Shown: in pieces, positions 1-11,698 of the stretch | Layout of the letters: each line of letters starts with the position of its first letter | How positions within the stretch are numbered: the first letter of the stretch is position 1 | From: a virus | Taxonomy: Duplodnaviria > Heunggongvirae > Uroviricota > Caudoviricetes | Virus record (IMG/VR): IMGVR_UViG_2675903253_000001 | DNA: 21,913 bases | Strand: one strand, 5' to 3' | Made by a program: the position numbers and the translations under genes | The notes under the pieces: generated by a model | The model's input: only the letters and a program-made list of their open reading frames with translations | Databases searched by the model: none | What the model was told of the DNA's origin: nothing

Positions 1-249
1 CTCGCCACGGGAATATCTGCGGCAGCGGGCTTGTAATGGGTTAAGTGATAACAGATGTCTGGAAATATAGGGGCAAATCCAATCGTCGCCGTATTCCCGT
101 ATTAACAGAGACCGTAGCCCGACGGGGAACTCCTTCTGCGCGAGTGTGCGGGAATAATCAAAAACGATGCACACCGGGGTTACCGGGTACACATATTTCA
201 TCATGCCAGCGAGTCCGGTTCTGGCACGGAAGAAACCGGACGTTATGAT

Positions 250-660
250 TTAGTGCGGAAATATTTGTGTAGTGTTCTGTATGTTCTCAGTAAAGAGTAA
301 TGAATTATCAAAGGTATAGTAATACCTTTTGTTTTCGTGGATATTTGTAATCCATCTGAAAACCCCTGCTGTAGCAAGATTTTTCCTGTATTCGTAAAAT
401 GATAACTCTCCTGATTTGAATCCTTTTAAGGTGGCTTCTATAAGGCATTTATTTTTTGAAAATCTTACATTTACAACCTTACCCTGTCCTTTTATTAAAA
501 CCGTATTATCGTTTTCAAGAACAAGATGAATATTCTCTGTGGCTAAATAGTAAATGTAATGTGAGACATTGTGACGTTTTAGTTCAGAATAAAACCAGTG
601 ATAGTTTAAATTATTTCGCACTTTATCGAATATTTGTTTAAAAATGGCAACCTGAGCCAT
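250..660 (-). CDS. Hypothetical accessory (moron) protein, 136 aa, homologous to an uncharacterised ORF at the right end of lambda; possibly DUF1398/YbcV-like (family assignment unverified)
   Basis: Six-frame ORF 250..675 on the minus strand. I prefer the second ATG at 660 (protein begins [11 protein letters not shown]...) because a GGAAGG Shine-Dalgarno-like motif sits about 8 nt upstream of it. DNA is AT-rich (17 G+C in the 60 nt at 421-480) against GC-rich structural genes. Position immediately upstream of cos matches lambdoid synteny. Confidence 0.6.
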   Translation of the reverse strand: MAQVAIFKQIFDKVRNNLNYHWFYSELKRHNVSHYIYYLATENIHLVLENDNTVLIKGQGKVVNVRFSKNKCLIEATLKGFKSGELSFYEYRKNLATAGVFRWITNIHENKRYYYTFDNSLLFTENIQNTTQIFPH

Positions 661-717
661 TGTAGTACCTTCCATGTGATATGAGGGGGCGTAGTCTGCA
701 CGATTATCTAAATTGCT

Positions 718-951
718 TCAATCTGGTCTAACCTGTTTTCTGAGCAATTCAGTAATGTCACTCTTTTCTTTGTTTGCTTCAGGCGAAACTCTTTTTTCTG
801 AGCACAGTCTCCGGCGGCAGGCTTCAATGACCCAGGCTGAGAAATTCCCGGACCCTTTTTGAACAAGAGCGATGTTAATTTGTTCAATCATTTGGTTAGG
901 AAAGCGGATGTTGCGGGTTGTTGTTCTGCGGGTTCTGTTCTTCGTTGACAT
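718..951 (-). CDS. Small Arc/ribbon-helix-helix-like DNA-binding protein, 77 aa (resembles DUF3950/YlcI-type prophage proteins)
   Basis: Six-frame ORF 718..951 on the minus strand. The segment RNIRFP-NQMIEQINIALVQKGSG-NFSAWVIEACRRRL fits the beta-strand/helix/helix pattern of Arc-type repressors (compare Arc FNLRWP-REVLDLVRKVAEENGRS-VNSEIYQRVMESF). Basic N-terminus. Lies just upstream of cos, where lambdoid prophages carry small YlcI-like genes. Confidence 0.6.
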   Translation of the reverse strand: MSTKNRTRRTTTRNIRFPNQMIEQINIALVQKGSGNFSAWVIEACRRRLCSEKRVSPEANKEKSDITELLRKQVRPD

Positions 952-1099
952 GAGGTTGCCCTGTATTCAGTGTCGCTGATTTGTATTGTCTGAAGTTGTT
1001 TTTACGTTAAGTTGATGCAGATCAATTAATACGATACCTGCGTCATAATTGATTATTTGACGTGGTTTGATGGCGTAGATGCACGTTGTGACATGTAGA

Positions 1100-1339
1100 T
1101 GATAATTATTATCATTTTGCGGGTCCTTTCCGGCGATCCGACAGGTTACGGGGCGGAAGGCGCGCGGGTTTTCGCTATTTATGACAATTTTCCGGTTTAA
1201 GGCGTTTCCGTTCTTCTTCGCCGTAACCTAATGTTTTTATTTAAAACACCCCCTGAAAAGAAAGGAAACGACAGGTGCTGAAAACGGGCTTTTTGGCCTC
1301 TGTCGTTTCCTTTCTCTGTTTTTGTCCGTGGAATGAACA
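1100..1339. other. cos: cos packaging site region (cosQ, cosN, cosB with R3/R2/R1 terminase-binding repeats)
   Basis: Sequence ...gataattattatcattttgcgggtcctttccggcgatccgacaggttacg / gggcgg... / cgcgggttttcgctatttatg... is near-identical to the joined right and left ends of lambda as I recall them. Repeated gtttcc / ggaaac motifs (cgtttccgttc, gaaaggaaacgacag, ctgtcgtttcctttc) correspond to the cosB R elements bound by gpNu1. The Nu1 start follows at 1340. Confidence 0.85.
1151..1162. other. cosN: cosN (12-nt cohesive-end site), sequence gggcggaaggcg; differs from lambda GGGCGGCGACCT in the 3' half
   Basis: Located by flanking identity to lambda: caggttacg | 12 nt | cgcgggttttcgc. Confidence 0.7.
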
Positions 1340-1859
1340 ATGGAAGTCAACAAAAAGCAGCTGGCTGACATTTTCGGTGCGAGTATCCGTACCATTCAGA
1401 ACTGGCAGGAACAGGGAATGCCCGTTCTGCGAGGCGGTGGCAAGGGTAATGAGGTGCTTTATGACTCTGCCGCCGTTATAAGATGGTATGCCGAAAGGGA
1501 TGCTGAAATTGAGAACGAAAAGCTGCGCCGGGAAGTTGAAGAACTGCGGCAGGCCAGCGAGACAGATCTCCAGCCAGGGACTATTGAGTACGAACGCCAT
1601 CGACTTACGCGTGCGCAGGCCGACGCACAGGAGCTGAAAAATGCCAGAGACTCCGCTGAAGTGGTGGAAACCGCATTCTGTACTTTCGTGCTGTCGCGGA
1701 TCGCAGGTGAAATTGCCAGTATTCTCGACGGGATCCCCCTGTCGGTGCAGCGGCGTTTTCCGGAACTGGAAAACCGACATGTTGATTTCCTGAAACGGGA
1801 TATCATCAAAGCCATGAACAAAGCAGCCGCGCTGGATGAACTGATACCGGGGTTGCTGA

Positions 1860-1885
<26 letters not shown>
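1340..1885 (+). CDS. nu1: Terminase small subunit gpNu1 (181 aa)
   Basis: ORF 1340..1885. Protein MEVNKKQLADIFGASIRTIQNWQEQGMPVL... matches lambda Nu1 as I recall it, including the N-terminal winged helix-turn-helix. Immediately downstream of cosB and overlaps the A start, as in lambda. Confidence 0.95.
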
Positions 1886-5566
<3,681 letters not shown>

Positions 5567-5586
<20 letters not shown>

Positions 5587-6886
5587 TCTCCCGCATATTG
5601 CCAGCATGGCTTTTAATGAGCCGCTGATGCTTGAACCCGCCTATGCGCGGGTTTTCTTTTGTGCGCTTGCAGGCCAGCTTGGGATCAGCTGCCTGACGGA
5701 TGCAGTATCCGGCGACAGCCTGACTGCCGGAGAGGCACCCGCGGCGCTGGCGTTATCCGGTGATGATGACGGACCACGACAGGCCCGCAGTTATCAGGTA
5801 ATGAACGGCATCGCCGTGCTGCCGGTGTCCGGCACGCTGGTCAGCCGGACGCGGGCGCTGCAGCCGTACTCGGGGATGACCGGTTACAACGGCATTATCG
5901 CCCGTCTGCAACAGGCTGCCAGCGACCCGATGGTGGACGGCATTCTGCTCGATATGGACACACCGGGCGGAATGGTGGCGGGAGCATTTGACTGCGCTGA
6001 CATCATCGCCCGTGTGCGTGACATAAAGCCGGTATGGGCGCTGGCCAATGACATGAACTGCAGCGCAGGTCAGCTGCTTGCCAGTGCCGCCTCCCGGCGT
6101 CTGGTCACGCAGACCGCCCGGACAGGCTCCATCGGCGTCATGATGGCTCACAGTAATTACGGCGCTGCACTGGAGAAACAGGGCGTGGAAATCACGCTGA
6201 TTTACAGCGGCAGCCATAAGGTGGATGGCAACCCCTACAGCCATCTACCGGATGATGTCCGGGAAACATTGCAGTCCCGGATGGATGCAACCCGCCGGAT
6301 GTTTGCACAGAAGGTGTCGGCATATACCGGCCTGTCCGTGCAGGCTGTGCTGGATACCGAGGCTGCAGTGTACAGCGGTCAGGAGGCCATTGATGCCGGA
6401 CTGGCTGATGAACTTGTTAACAGTACCGATGCGATCACCGTCATGCGTGATGCACTGGATGCACGTAAATCCCGTCTCTCAGGAGGGCGAATGACCAAAG
6501 AGACTCAATCAACAACTGTTTCAGCCACTGCTTCGCAGGCTGACGTTACTGGCGTGGTGCAAGCGACGGAGGGCGAGAACGCCAGCGCGGCGCAGCCGGA
6601 CGTGAACGCGCAGATCACCGCAGCGGTTGCGGCAGAAAACAGTCGCATTATGGGGATCCTCAACTGTGAGGAGGCTCACGGACGCGAAGAACAGGCACGC
6701 GTGCTGGCCGAAACCCCCGGTATGACCGTGGAAACGGCCCGCCGTATTCTGGCCGCAGCACCACAGAGTGCACAGACGCGCAGTGACACTGCGCTGGATC
6801 GTCTGATGCAGGGGGCACCGGCACCGCTGGCTGCAGGTAACCCGGCATCTGATGCCGTTAACGATTTGCTGAACACACCAGTGTAA
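5567..6886 (+). CDS. C: Prohead protease/scaffold fusion gpC (439 aa), GTG start
   Basis: The six-frame ORF 5432..6886 is over-extended. The conserved lambda C N-terminus (V/M)TAELRNLPHIASMAFNEPLM begins at GTG 5567, preceded by gaggaggagaag (Shine-Dalgarno-like). Overlaps the end of B by 20 nt as in lambda. S49-type (ClpP/SppA-like) protease family by established knowledge. Confidence 0.9.
6281..6886 (+). CDS. nu3: Scaffolding protein gpNu3, in-frame internal start within C
   Basis: ATG at 6281 in the C reading frame (...SRMDATRRMFAQ...), sharing the C stop codon, at the position of the nested lambda Nu3 initiation. Established lambda biology; the internal start itself is not independently provable from sequence. 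Confidence 0.7.
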   Translation: MDATRRMFAQKVSAYTGLSVQAVLDTEAAVYSGQEAIDAGLADELVNSTDAITVMRDALDARKSRLSGGRMTKETQSTTVSATASQADVTGVVQATEGENASAAQPDVNAQITAAVAAENSRIMGILNCEEAHGREEQARVLAETPGMTVETARRILAAAPQSAQTRSDTALDRLMQGAPAPLAAGNPASDAVNDLLNTPV

Positions 6887-6895
6887 GGGATGTTT

Positions 6896-7228
6896 ATGAC
6901 GAGCAAAGAAACCTTTACCCATTACCAGCCGCTGGGCAATAGTGACCCGGCTCATACCGCAACCGCGCCCGGCGGATTGAGTGCGAAAGCGCCTGCAATG
7001 ACCCCGCTGATGCTGGACACCTCCACCCGTAAGCTGGTTGCGTGGGATGGCACCACCGACGGTGCTGCCGTTGGCATTCTTGCGGTTGCTGCTGACCAGA
7101 CCAGCACCACACTGACGTTCTACAAGTCCGGCACGTTCCGTTATGAGGATGTGCTCTGGCCGGAGGCTGCCAGCGACGAGACGAAAAAACGGACCGTGTT
7201 TGCCGGAACGGCAATCAGCATCGTTTAA
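6896..7228 (+). CDS. D: Head decoration protein gpD (110 aa)
   Basis: ORF 6890..7228. Lambda D begins [27 protein letters not shown], which corresponds to the second ATG at 6896. Sequence is near-identical to lambda D from memory. Confidence 0.92.
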   Translation: MTSKETFTHYQPLGNSDPAHTATAPGGLSAKAPAMTPLMLDTSTRKLVAWDGTTDGAAVGILAVAADQTSTTLTFYKSGTFRYEDVLWPEAASDETKKRTVFAGTAISIV

Positions 7229-7244
7229 CTTTACCCTTCATCAC

Positions 7245-7272
7245 TAAAGGCCGCCTGTGTGGCTTTTTTTAC
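7245..7272 (+). terminator. Stem-loop plus T-run in the D-E intergenic region (gccgc-ctgt-gtggc followed by ttttttt); candidate partial terminator or mRNA stability element within the late operon
   Basis: Inverted repeat at 7250-7263 followed by T7 at 7264-7270, 14 nt upstream of the E start. The lambda equivalent, as I recall it, is a perfect gccgc/gcggc stem; here one pair is a G-U wobble. Confidence 0.4.
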
Positions 7273-7283
7273 GGGATTTTTTT

Positions 7284-8309
7284 ATGTCGATGTACACAAC
7301 CGCCCAGCTGCTGGCGGCAAATGAGCAGAAATTTAAGTTTGATCCGCTGTTTCTGCGTCTCTTTTTCCGTGAGAGCTATCCCTTCACTACGGAGAAAGTC
7401 TATCTCTCACAAATTCCGGGACTGGTAAACATGGCGCTGTACGTTTCGCCGATTGTTTCCGGTGAGGTTATCCGTTCCCGTGGCGGCTCCACCTCTGAAT
7501 TTACGCCGGGATATGTCAAACCCAAGCATGAGGTGAATCCGCAGATGACCCTGCGTCGCCTGCCGGATGAAGATCCGCAGAATCTGGCGGACCCGGCTTA
7601 CCGCCGCCGTCGCATCATCATGCAGAACATGCGTGACGAAGAGCTGGCCATTGCTCAGGTCGAAGAGATGCAGGCAGTTTCTGCCGTGCTCAAGGGCAAA
7701 TACACCATGACCGGTGAAGCCTTCGATCCGGTTGAGGTGGATATGGGCCGCAGTGCGGCGAACAACATCACACAGTCCGGCGTCACGGAGTGGAGCAAGC
7801 GTGACAAGTCCACGTATGACCCGACCGACGATATCGAAGCCTACGCGCTGAACGCCAGCGGTGTGGTGAATATCATCGTGTTTGACCCGAAAGGCTGGGC
7901 GCTGTTCCGTTCCTTCAAAGCCGTCAAGGAGAAGCTGGATACCCGTCGCGGCTCTCATTCCGAGCTGGAGACAGCGGTAAAAGACCTGGGCAAAGCGGTG
8001 TCCTATAAGGGAATGTATGGCGATGTGGCCATCGTCGTGTATTCCGGACAGTACGTGGAAAACGGCGTCAAAAAGAACTTCCTGCCGGACAACACGATGG
8101 TGCTGGGGAACACTCAGGCTCGCGGTCTGCGCACCTATGGCTGCATTCAGGATGCGGACGCACAGCGCGAAGGCATTAACGCTTCTGCCCGTTACCCGAA
8201 AAACTGGGTGACCACCGGCGATCCGGCGCGTGAGTTCACCATGATTCAGTCAGCACCGCTGATGCTGCTGGCTGATCCTGATGAGTTCGTGTCCGTTCAA
8301 CTGGCGTAA
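7284..8309 (+). CDS. E: Major capsid protein gpE (341 aa)
   Basis: ORF 7257..8309 is over-extended. The conserved lambda E N-terminus MSMYTTAQLLAANEQKFKFDPLFLRLFF starts at ATG 7284. HK97-fold major capsid protein by established knowledge. Confidence 0.95.
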   Translation: MSMYTTAQLLAANEQKFKFDPLFLRLFFRESYPFTTEKVYLSQIPGLVNMALYVSPIVSGEVIRSRGGSTSEFTPGYVKPKHEVNPQMTLRRLPDEDPQNLADPAYRRRRIIMQNMRDEELAIAQVEEMQAVSAVLKGKYTMTGEAFDPVEVDMGRSAANNITQSGVTEWSKRDKSTYDPTDDIEAYALNASGVVNIIVFDPKGWALFRSFKAVKEKLDTRRGSHSELETAVKDLGKAVSYKGMYGDVAIVVYSGQYVENGVKKNFLPDNTMVLGNTQARGLRTYGCIQDADAQREGINASARYPKNWVTTGDPAREFTMIQSAPLMLLADPDEFVSVQLA

Positions 8310-8311
8310 TC

Positions 8312-8335
8312 ATGGCCCTTCGGGGCCATTTTCTC
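8312..8335 (+). terminator. Perfect 7-bp stem-loop with a UUCG tetraloop (atggccc-ttcg-gggccat) followed by tttt, in the E-FI intergenic region
   Basis: Read directly at 8312-8333, 3 nt after the E stop codon. The FI Shine-Dalgarno ggagg (8341-8345) and ATG (8351) follow. Confidence 0.45.
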
Positions 8336-8350
8336 TCTGTGGAGGAGTTC

Positions 8351-8749
8351 ATGACGAAAGATGAACTGATTGCCCGTCTTCAGGAGCTGGGTGAGCAATT
8401 GAACCGCGATGTCAGTTTGACGGGAACGAAAGAAGAACTGGCGCTTCGTGTGGCAGAGCTGGAAGAAGAGCTTGATGACACGGATGAAACTGCCGGTCAG
8501 GACACCCCTCTCAGCCGGGAAAATGTGCTGACCGGGCATGAAAATGAGGTGGTATCAGCGCAGCCGGATACCGTGATTCAGGATACGGCTGAACTGGTCA
8601 CGGTCGTGGCACTGGTGACGCTGCATACTGATGCACTTCACGCCACGCGGGATAAACCTGTGGCATTTGTGCTGCCGGGAACGGCGTTTCGTGTCTCTGC
8701 CGGTGTGGCAGCCGAAATGACAGAGCGCGGCCTGGCCAGAATGCAATAA
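8351..8749 (+). CDS. FI: DNA packaging/head assembly protein gpFI (132 aa)
   Basis: ORF 8312..8749 is over-extended. Lambda FI begins MTKDELIARL..., corresponding to ATG 8351 with a ggagg Shine-Dalgarno 5 nt upstream. Confidence 0.92.
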   Translation: MTKDELIARLQELGEQLNRDVSLTGTKEELALRVAELEEELDDTDETAGQDTPLSRENVLTGHENEVVSAQPDTVIQDTAELVTVVALVTLHTDALHATRDKPVAFVLPGTAFRVSAGVAAEMTERGLARMQ

Positions 8750-8760
8750 CGGGAGGCGCT

Positions 8761-9114
8761 GTGGCTGATTTCGATAACCTGTTCGATGCTGCCATTGCCC
8801 GCGCCGATGAAACGATACGCGGGTACATGGGAACGTCAGCCACCATGACATCCGGTGAGCAGTCAGGTGCGGTGATACGTGGTGTTTTTGATGACCCTGA
8901 AAATATCAGCTATGCCGGACAGGGCGTGCGCGTTGAAGGCTCCAGCCCGTCCCTGTTTGTCCGGACTGATGAGGTGCGGCAGCTGCGGCGTGGAGACACG
9001 CTGACCATCGGTGAGGAAAATTTCTGGGTAGATCGGGTTTCGCCGGATGATGGCGGAAGTTGTCATCTCTGGCTTGGACGGGGCGTACCGCCTGCCGTTA
9101 ACCGTCGCCGCTGA
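8761..9114 (+). CDS. FII: Head-tail connector protein gpFII (117 aa), apparent GTG start
   Basis: ORF 8761..9114. MADFDNLFDAAIARADETIRGYMGTSATMTSGEQSGAVIRGVF... matches lambda FII. First codon in the window is GTG. Confidence 0.92.
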   Translation: MADFDNLFDAAIARADETIRGYMGTSATMTSGEQSGAVIRGVFDDPENISYAGQGVRVEGSSPSLFVRTDEVRQLRRGDTLTIGEENFWVDRVSPDDGGSCHLWLGRGVPPAVNRRR

Positions 9115-9125
9115 AAGGGGGATGT

Positions 9126-9704
9126 ATGGCCATAAAAGGTCTTGAGCAGGCCGTTGAAAACCTCAGCCGTATCAGCAAAACGGCGGTGCCCGGTGCCGCC
9201 GCAATGGCCATTAACCGCGTTGCTTCATCCGCGATATCGCAGTCTGCGTCACAGGTTGCCCGTGAGACAAAGGTACGCCGGAAACTGGTAAAGGAAAGGG
9301 CCAGGCTGAAAAGGGCCACGGTCAAAAATCCGCAGGCCAGAATCAAAGTTAACCGGGGGGATTTGCCCGTAATCAAGCTGGGTAATGCGCGGGTTGTCCT
9401 GTCCCGCCGCAGGCGTCATAAAAAGGGGCAGCGTTCATCCCTGAAAGGTGGCGGCAGCGTGCTTGTGGTGGGTAACCGTCGTATTCCCGGCGCGTTTATT
9501 CAGCAACTGAAAAACGGCCGGTGGCATGTTATGCAGCGTGTGGCCGGGAAAAACCGTTACCCCATTGATGTGGTGAAAATCCCGATGGCGGTGCCGCTGA
9601 CCACGGCGTTTAAACAGAATATTGAACGGATACGGCGTGAACGTCTTCCGAAAGAGCTGGGCTATGCGCTGCAGCATCAACTGAGAATGGTAATAAAGCG
9701 ATGA
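9126..9704 (+). CDS. Z: Tail completion protein gpZ (192 aa)
   Basis: ORF 9126..9704. MAIKGLEQAVENLSRISKTAVPGAAAMAINRVASSAISQ... matches lambda Z in position and length. Confidence 0.93.
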   Translation: MAIKGLEQAVENLSRISKTAVPGAAAMAINRVASSAISQSASQVARETKVRRKLVKERARLKRATVKNPQARIKVNRGDLPVIKLGNARVVLSRRRRHKKGQRSSLKGGGSVLVVGNRRIPGAFIQQLKNGRWHVMQRVAGKNRYPIDVVKIPMAVPLTTAFKQNIERIRRERLPKELGYALQHQLRMVIKR

Positions 9705-10096
9705 AACATACTGAACTCCGTGCAGCCGTACTGGATGCACTGGAGAAGCATGACACCGGGGCGACGCTTTTTGATGGTCGCCCCGCTGTTTTTGATGAGG
9801 AAGATTTTCCGGCAATTGCCGTTTATCTCACCGGCGCTGAATACACGGGCGAAGAGCTGGACAGCGATACCTGGCAGGCGGAGCTGCATATTGAAGTTTT
9901 CCTGCCTGCTCAGGTGCCGGATTCAGAGCTGGATTCGTGGATGGAGTCCCGGATTTATCCTGTGATGAGCGATATCCCGGCACTGTCAGATTTGATCACC
10001 AGTATGGTGGCCAGCGGCTATGACTACCGGCGCGACGATGATGCGGGCCTGTGGAGTTCAGCCGATCTGACTTATGTCATTATCTATGAAATGTGA
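9701..10096 (+). CDS. U: Tail terminator protein gpU (131 aa)
   Basis: ORF 9701..10096. [43 protein letters not shown]... matches lambda U. Start ATGA overlaps the Z stop. Confidence 0.93.
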   Translation: MKHTELRAAVLDALEKHDTGATLFDGRPAVFDEEDFPAIAVYLTGAEYTGEELDSDTWQAELHIEVFLPAQVPDSELDSWMESRIYPVMSDIPALSDLITSMVASGYDYRRDDDAGLWSSADLTYVIIYEM

Positions 10097-10103
10097 GGAC
10101 GCT

Positions 10104-10844
10104 ATGCCTGTACCAAATCCTACAATGCCGGTGAAAGGTGCCGGGACCACCCTGTGGGTTTATAAGGGGAGCGGTGACCCTTATGCGAACCCGCTTTCAG
10201 ACGTTGACTGGTCGCGTCTGGCAAAAGTTAAAGACCTGACGCCCGGCGAACTGACCGCTGAGTCCTATGACGACAGCTATCTCGATGATGAAGATGCAGA
10301 CTGGACTGCGACCGGGCAGGGGCAGAAATCTGCCGGAGATACCAGCTTCACGCTGGCGTGGATGCCCGGAGAGCAGGGGCAGCAGGCGCTGCTGGCGTGG
10401 TTTAATGAAGGTGATACCCGTGCCTATAAAATCCGCTTCCCGAACGGCACGGTCGATGTGTTCCGTGGCTGGGTCAGCAGTATCGGTAAGGCGGTGACGG
10501 CGAAGGAGGTGATTACCCGCACGGTGAAGGTCACCAATGTGGGACGTCCGTCGATGGCAGAAGATCGCAGCACGGTGACGGCGACGACCGGCATGACGGT
10601 GACACCCGCCAGTGCTTCCGTAGTGAAAGGGCAGAGCACCACGCTGACCGTGGCATTCCAGCCGGATGGCGCAACCGACAAGAGCTTCCGTGCGGTGTCT
10701 GCGGATAAAACAAAAGCCACCGTGTCGGTCAGTGGTATGACCATCACCGTGAAAGGTGTTGCTGCAGGCAAGGTCAACATTCCGGTCGTATCTGGTAATG
10801 GTGAGTTTGCTGCGGTTGCAGAAATCAACGTCACCGCCAGTTAA
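10104..10844 (+). CDS. V: Major tail tube protein gpV (246 aa) with C-terminal Ig-like (Big_2-type) domain
   Basis: ORF 10074..10844 is over-extended. Lambda V begins [22 protein letters not shown] at ATG 10104, with a ggag-like motif upstream. The C-terminal ~90 aa ([29 protein letters not shown]...) is the known dispensable Ig-like domain. Confidence 0.94.
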   Translation: MPVPNPTMPVKGAGTTLWVYKGSGDPYANPLSDVDWSRLAKVKDLTPGELTAESYDDSYLDDEDADWTATGQGQKSAGDTSFTLAWMPGEQGQQALLAWFNEGDTRAYKIRFPNGTVDVFRGWVSSIGKAVTAKEVITRTVKVTNVGRPSMAEDRSTVTATTGMTVTPASASVVKGQSTTLTVAFQPDGATDKSFRAVSADKTKATVSVSGMTITVKGVAAGKVNIPVVSGNGEFAAVAEINVTAS

Positions 10845-10859
10845 TCCGGAGAGTCAGCG

Positions 10860-11282
10860 ATGTTCCTGAAAACCGAATCATTTGAACATAACGGTGTGAC
10901 CGTCACGCTTTCTGAACTGTCAGCCCTGCAGCGTATTGAGCATCTCGACCTGATGAAACGGCAGGCAGAACAGGCGGAGTCAGACAGCAACCGGAAGTTT
11001 ACTGTGGAAGACGCCATCAGAACCGGCGCTTTTGTGGTTGCGATGTCCCTGTGGCATAACCATCCGAAGAAGACGCAGATGCCGTCCATGAATGAAGCCG
11101 TTAAACAGATTGAGCAGGAAGTGCTTACCACCTGGCCCACAGAGGCAATTTCTCATGCTGAAAACGTGGTGTACCGGCTGTCCGGTATGTATGAGTTTGT
11201 GGTGAATGATGCTCCTGAACAGGCAGAGGACGCCGGGCCTGCAGAGCCTGTTTCTGCGGGAAAGTGTTCGACGGTGAGCTGA
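10860..11282 (+). CDS. G: Tail assembly chaperone gpG (140 aa)
   Basis: ORF 10860..11282. MFLKTESFEHNGVTVTLSELSALQRIEHLDLMKRQAEQ... matches lambda G. Confidence 0.93.
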   Translation: MFLKTESFEHNGVTVTLSELSALQRIEHLDLMKRQAEQAESDSNRKFTVEDAIRTGAFVVAMSLWHNHPKKTQMPSMNEAVKQIEQEVLTTWPTEAISHAENVVYRLSGMYEFVVNDAPEQAEDAGPAEPVSAGKCSTVS

Positions 11283-11698
11283 GTTTTGCCCTGAAACTGG
11301 CGCGTGAGATGGGGCGACCCGACTGGCGCGCCATGCTTGCCGGGATGTCATCCACGGAGTATGCCGACTGGCACCGCTTTTACAGTACCCATTATTTTCA
11401 TGATGTTCTGCTGGATATGCACTTTTCCGGGCTGACGTACACCGTGCTCAGCCTGTTTTTCAGCGATCCGGAGATGCATCCGCTGGATTTCAGTCTGCTG
11501 AACCGGCGCGAGGCTGACGAAGAGCCTGAAGATGATGTGCTGATGCAGAAAGCGGCAGGGCTTGCCGGAGGTGTCCGCTTTGGCCCGGACGGGAATGAAG
11601 TTATCCCCGCTTCCCCGGATGTGGCGGACATGACGGAGGATGACGTAATGCTGATGACAGTATCAGAAGGGATCGCAGGAGGAGTCCGGTATGGCTGA
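10860..11698 (+). CDS. T: Tail assembly protein gpGT, produced by programmed -1 ribosomal frameshift at slippery heptamer G GGA AAG (11258-11264) joining G to the T frame
   Basis: GGGAAAG heptamer is present at 11258-11264, in the G frame as GGA AAG. The -1 frame ORF 11264..11698 (VFDGELSFALKLAREMGRPDWRAMLAGMSSTEYADWHRF...) matches the lambda T region and has no credible independent start or Shine-Dalgarno. Established lambda biology. Confidence 0.85.

Noticed and set aside
45-248. 67-aa + strand ORF in the leftmost region
   Set aside because: No Shine-Dalgarno, implausible Arg/Cys/Gly-rich composition, and it lies in what looks like noncoding sequence downstream of bor in lambda. Treated as noncoding.
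8312-8350. Upstream extension of FI (ORF starting at 8312)
   Set aside because: The extension covers the E-FI hairpin. The FI N-terminus MTKDELIARL begins at 8351 with a well-placed ggagg Shine-Dalgarno.
10074-10103. Upstream extension of V (ORF starting at 10074)
   Set aside because: The conserved gpV N-terminus [12 protein letters not shown] begins at 10104; the extension overlaps the end of U.
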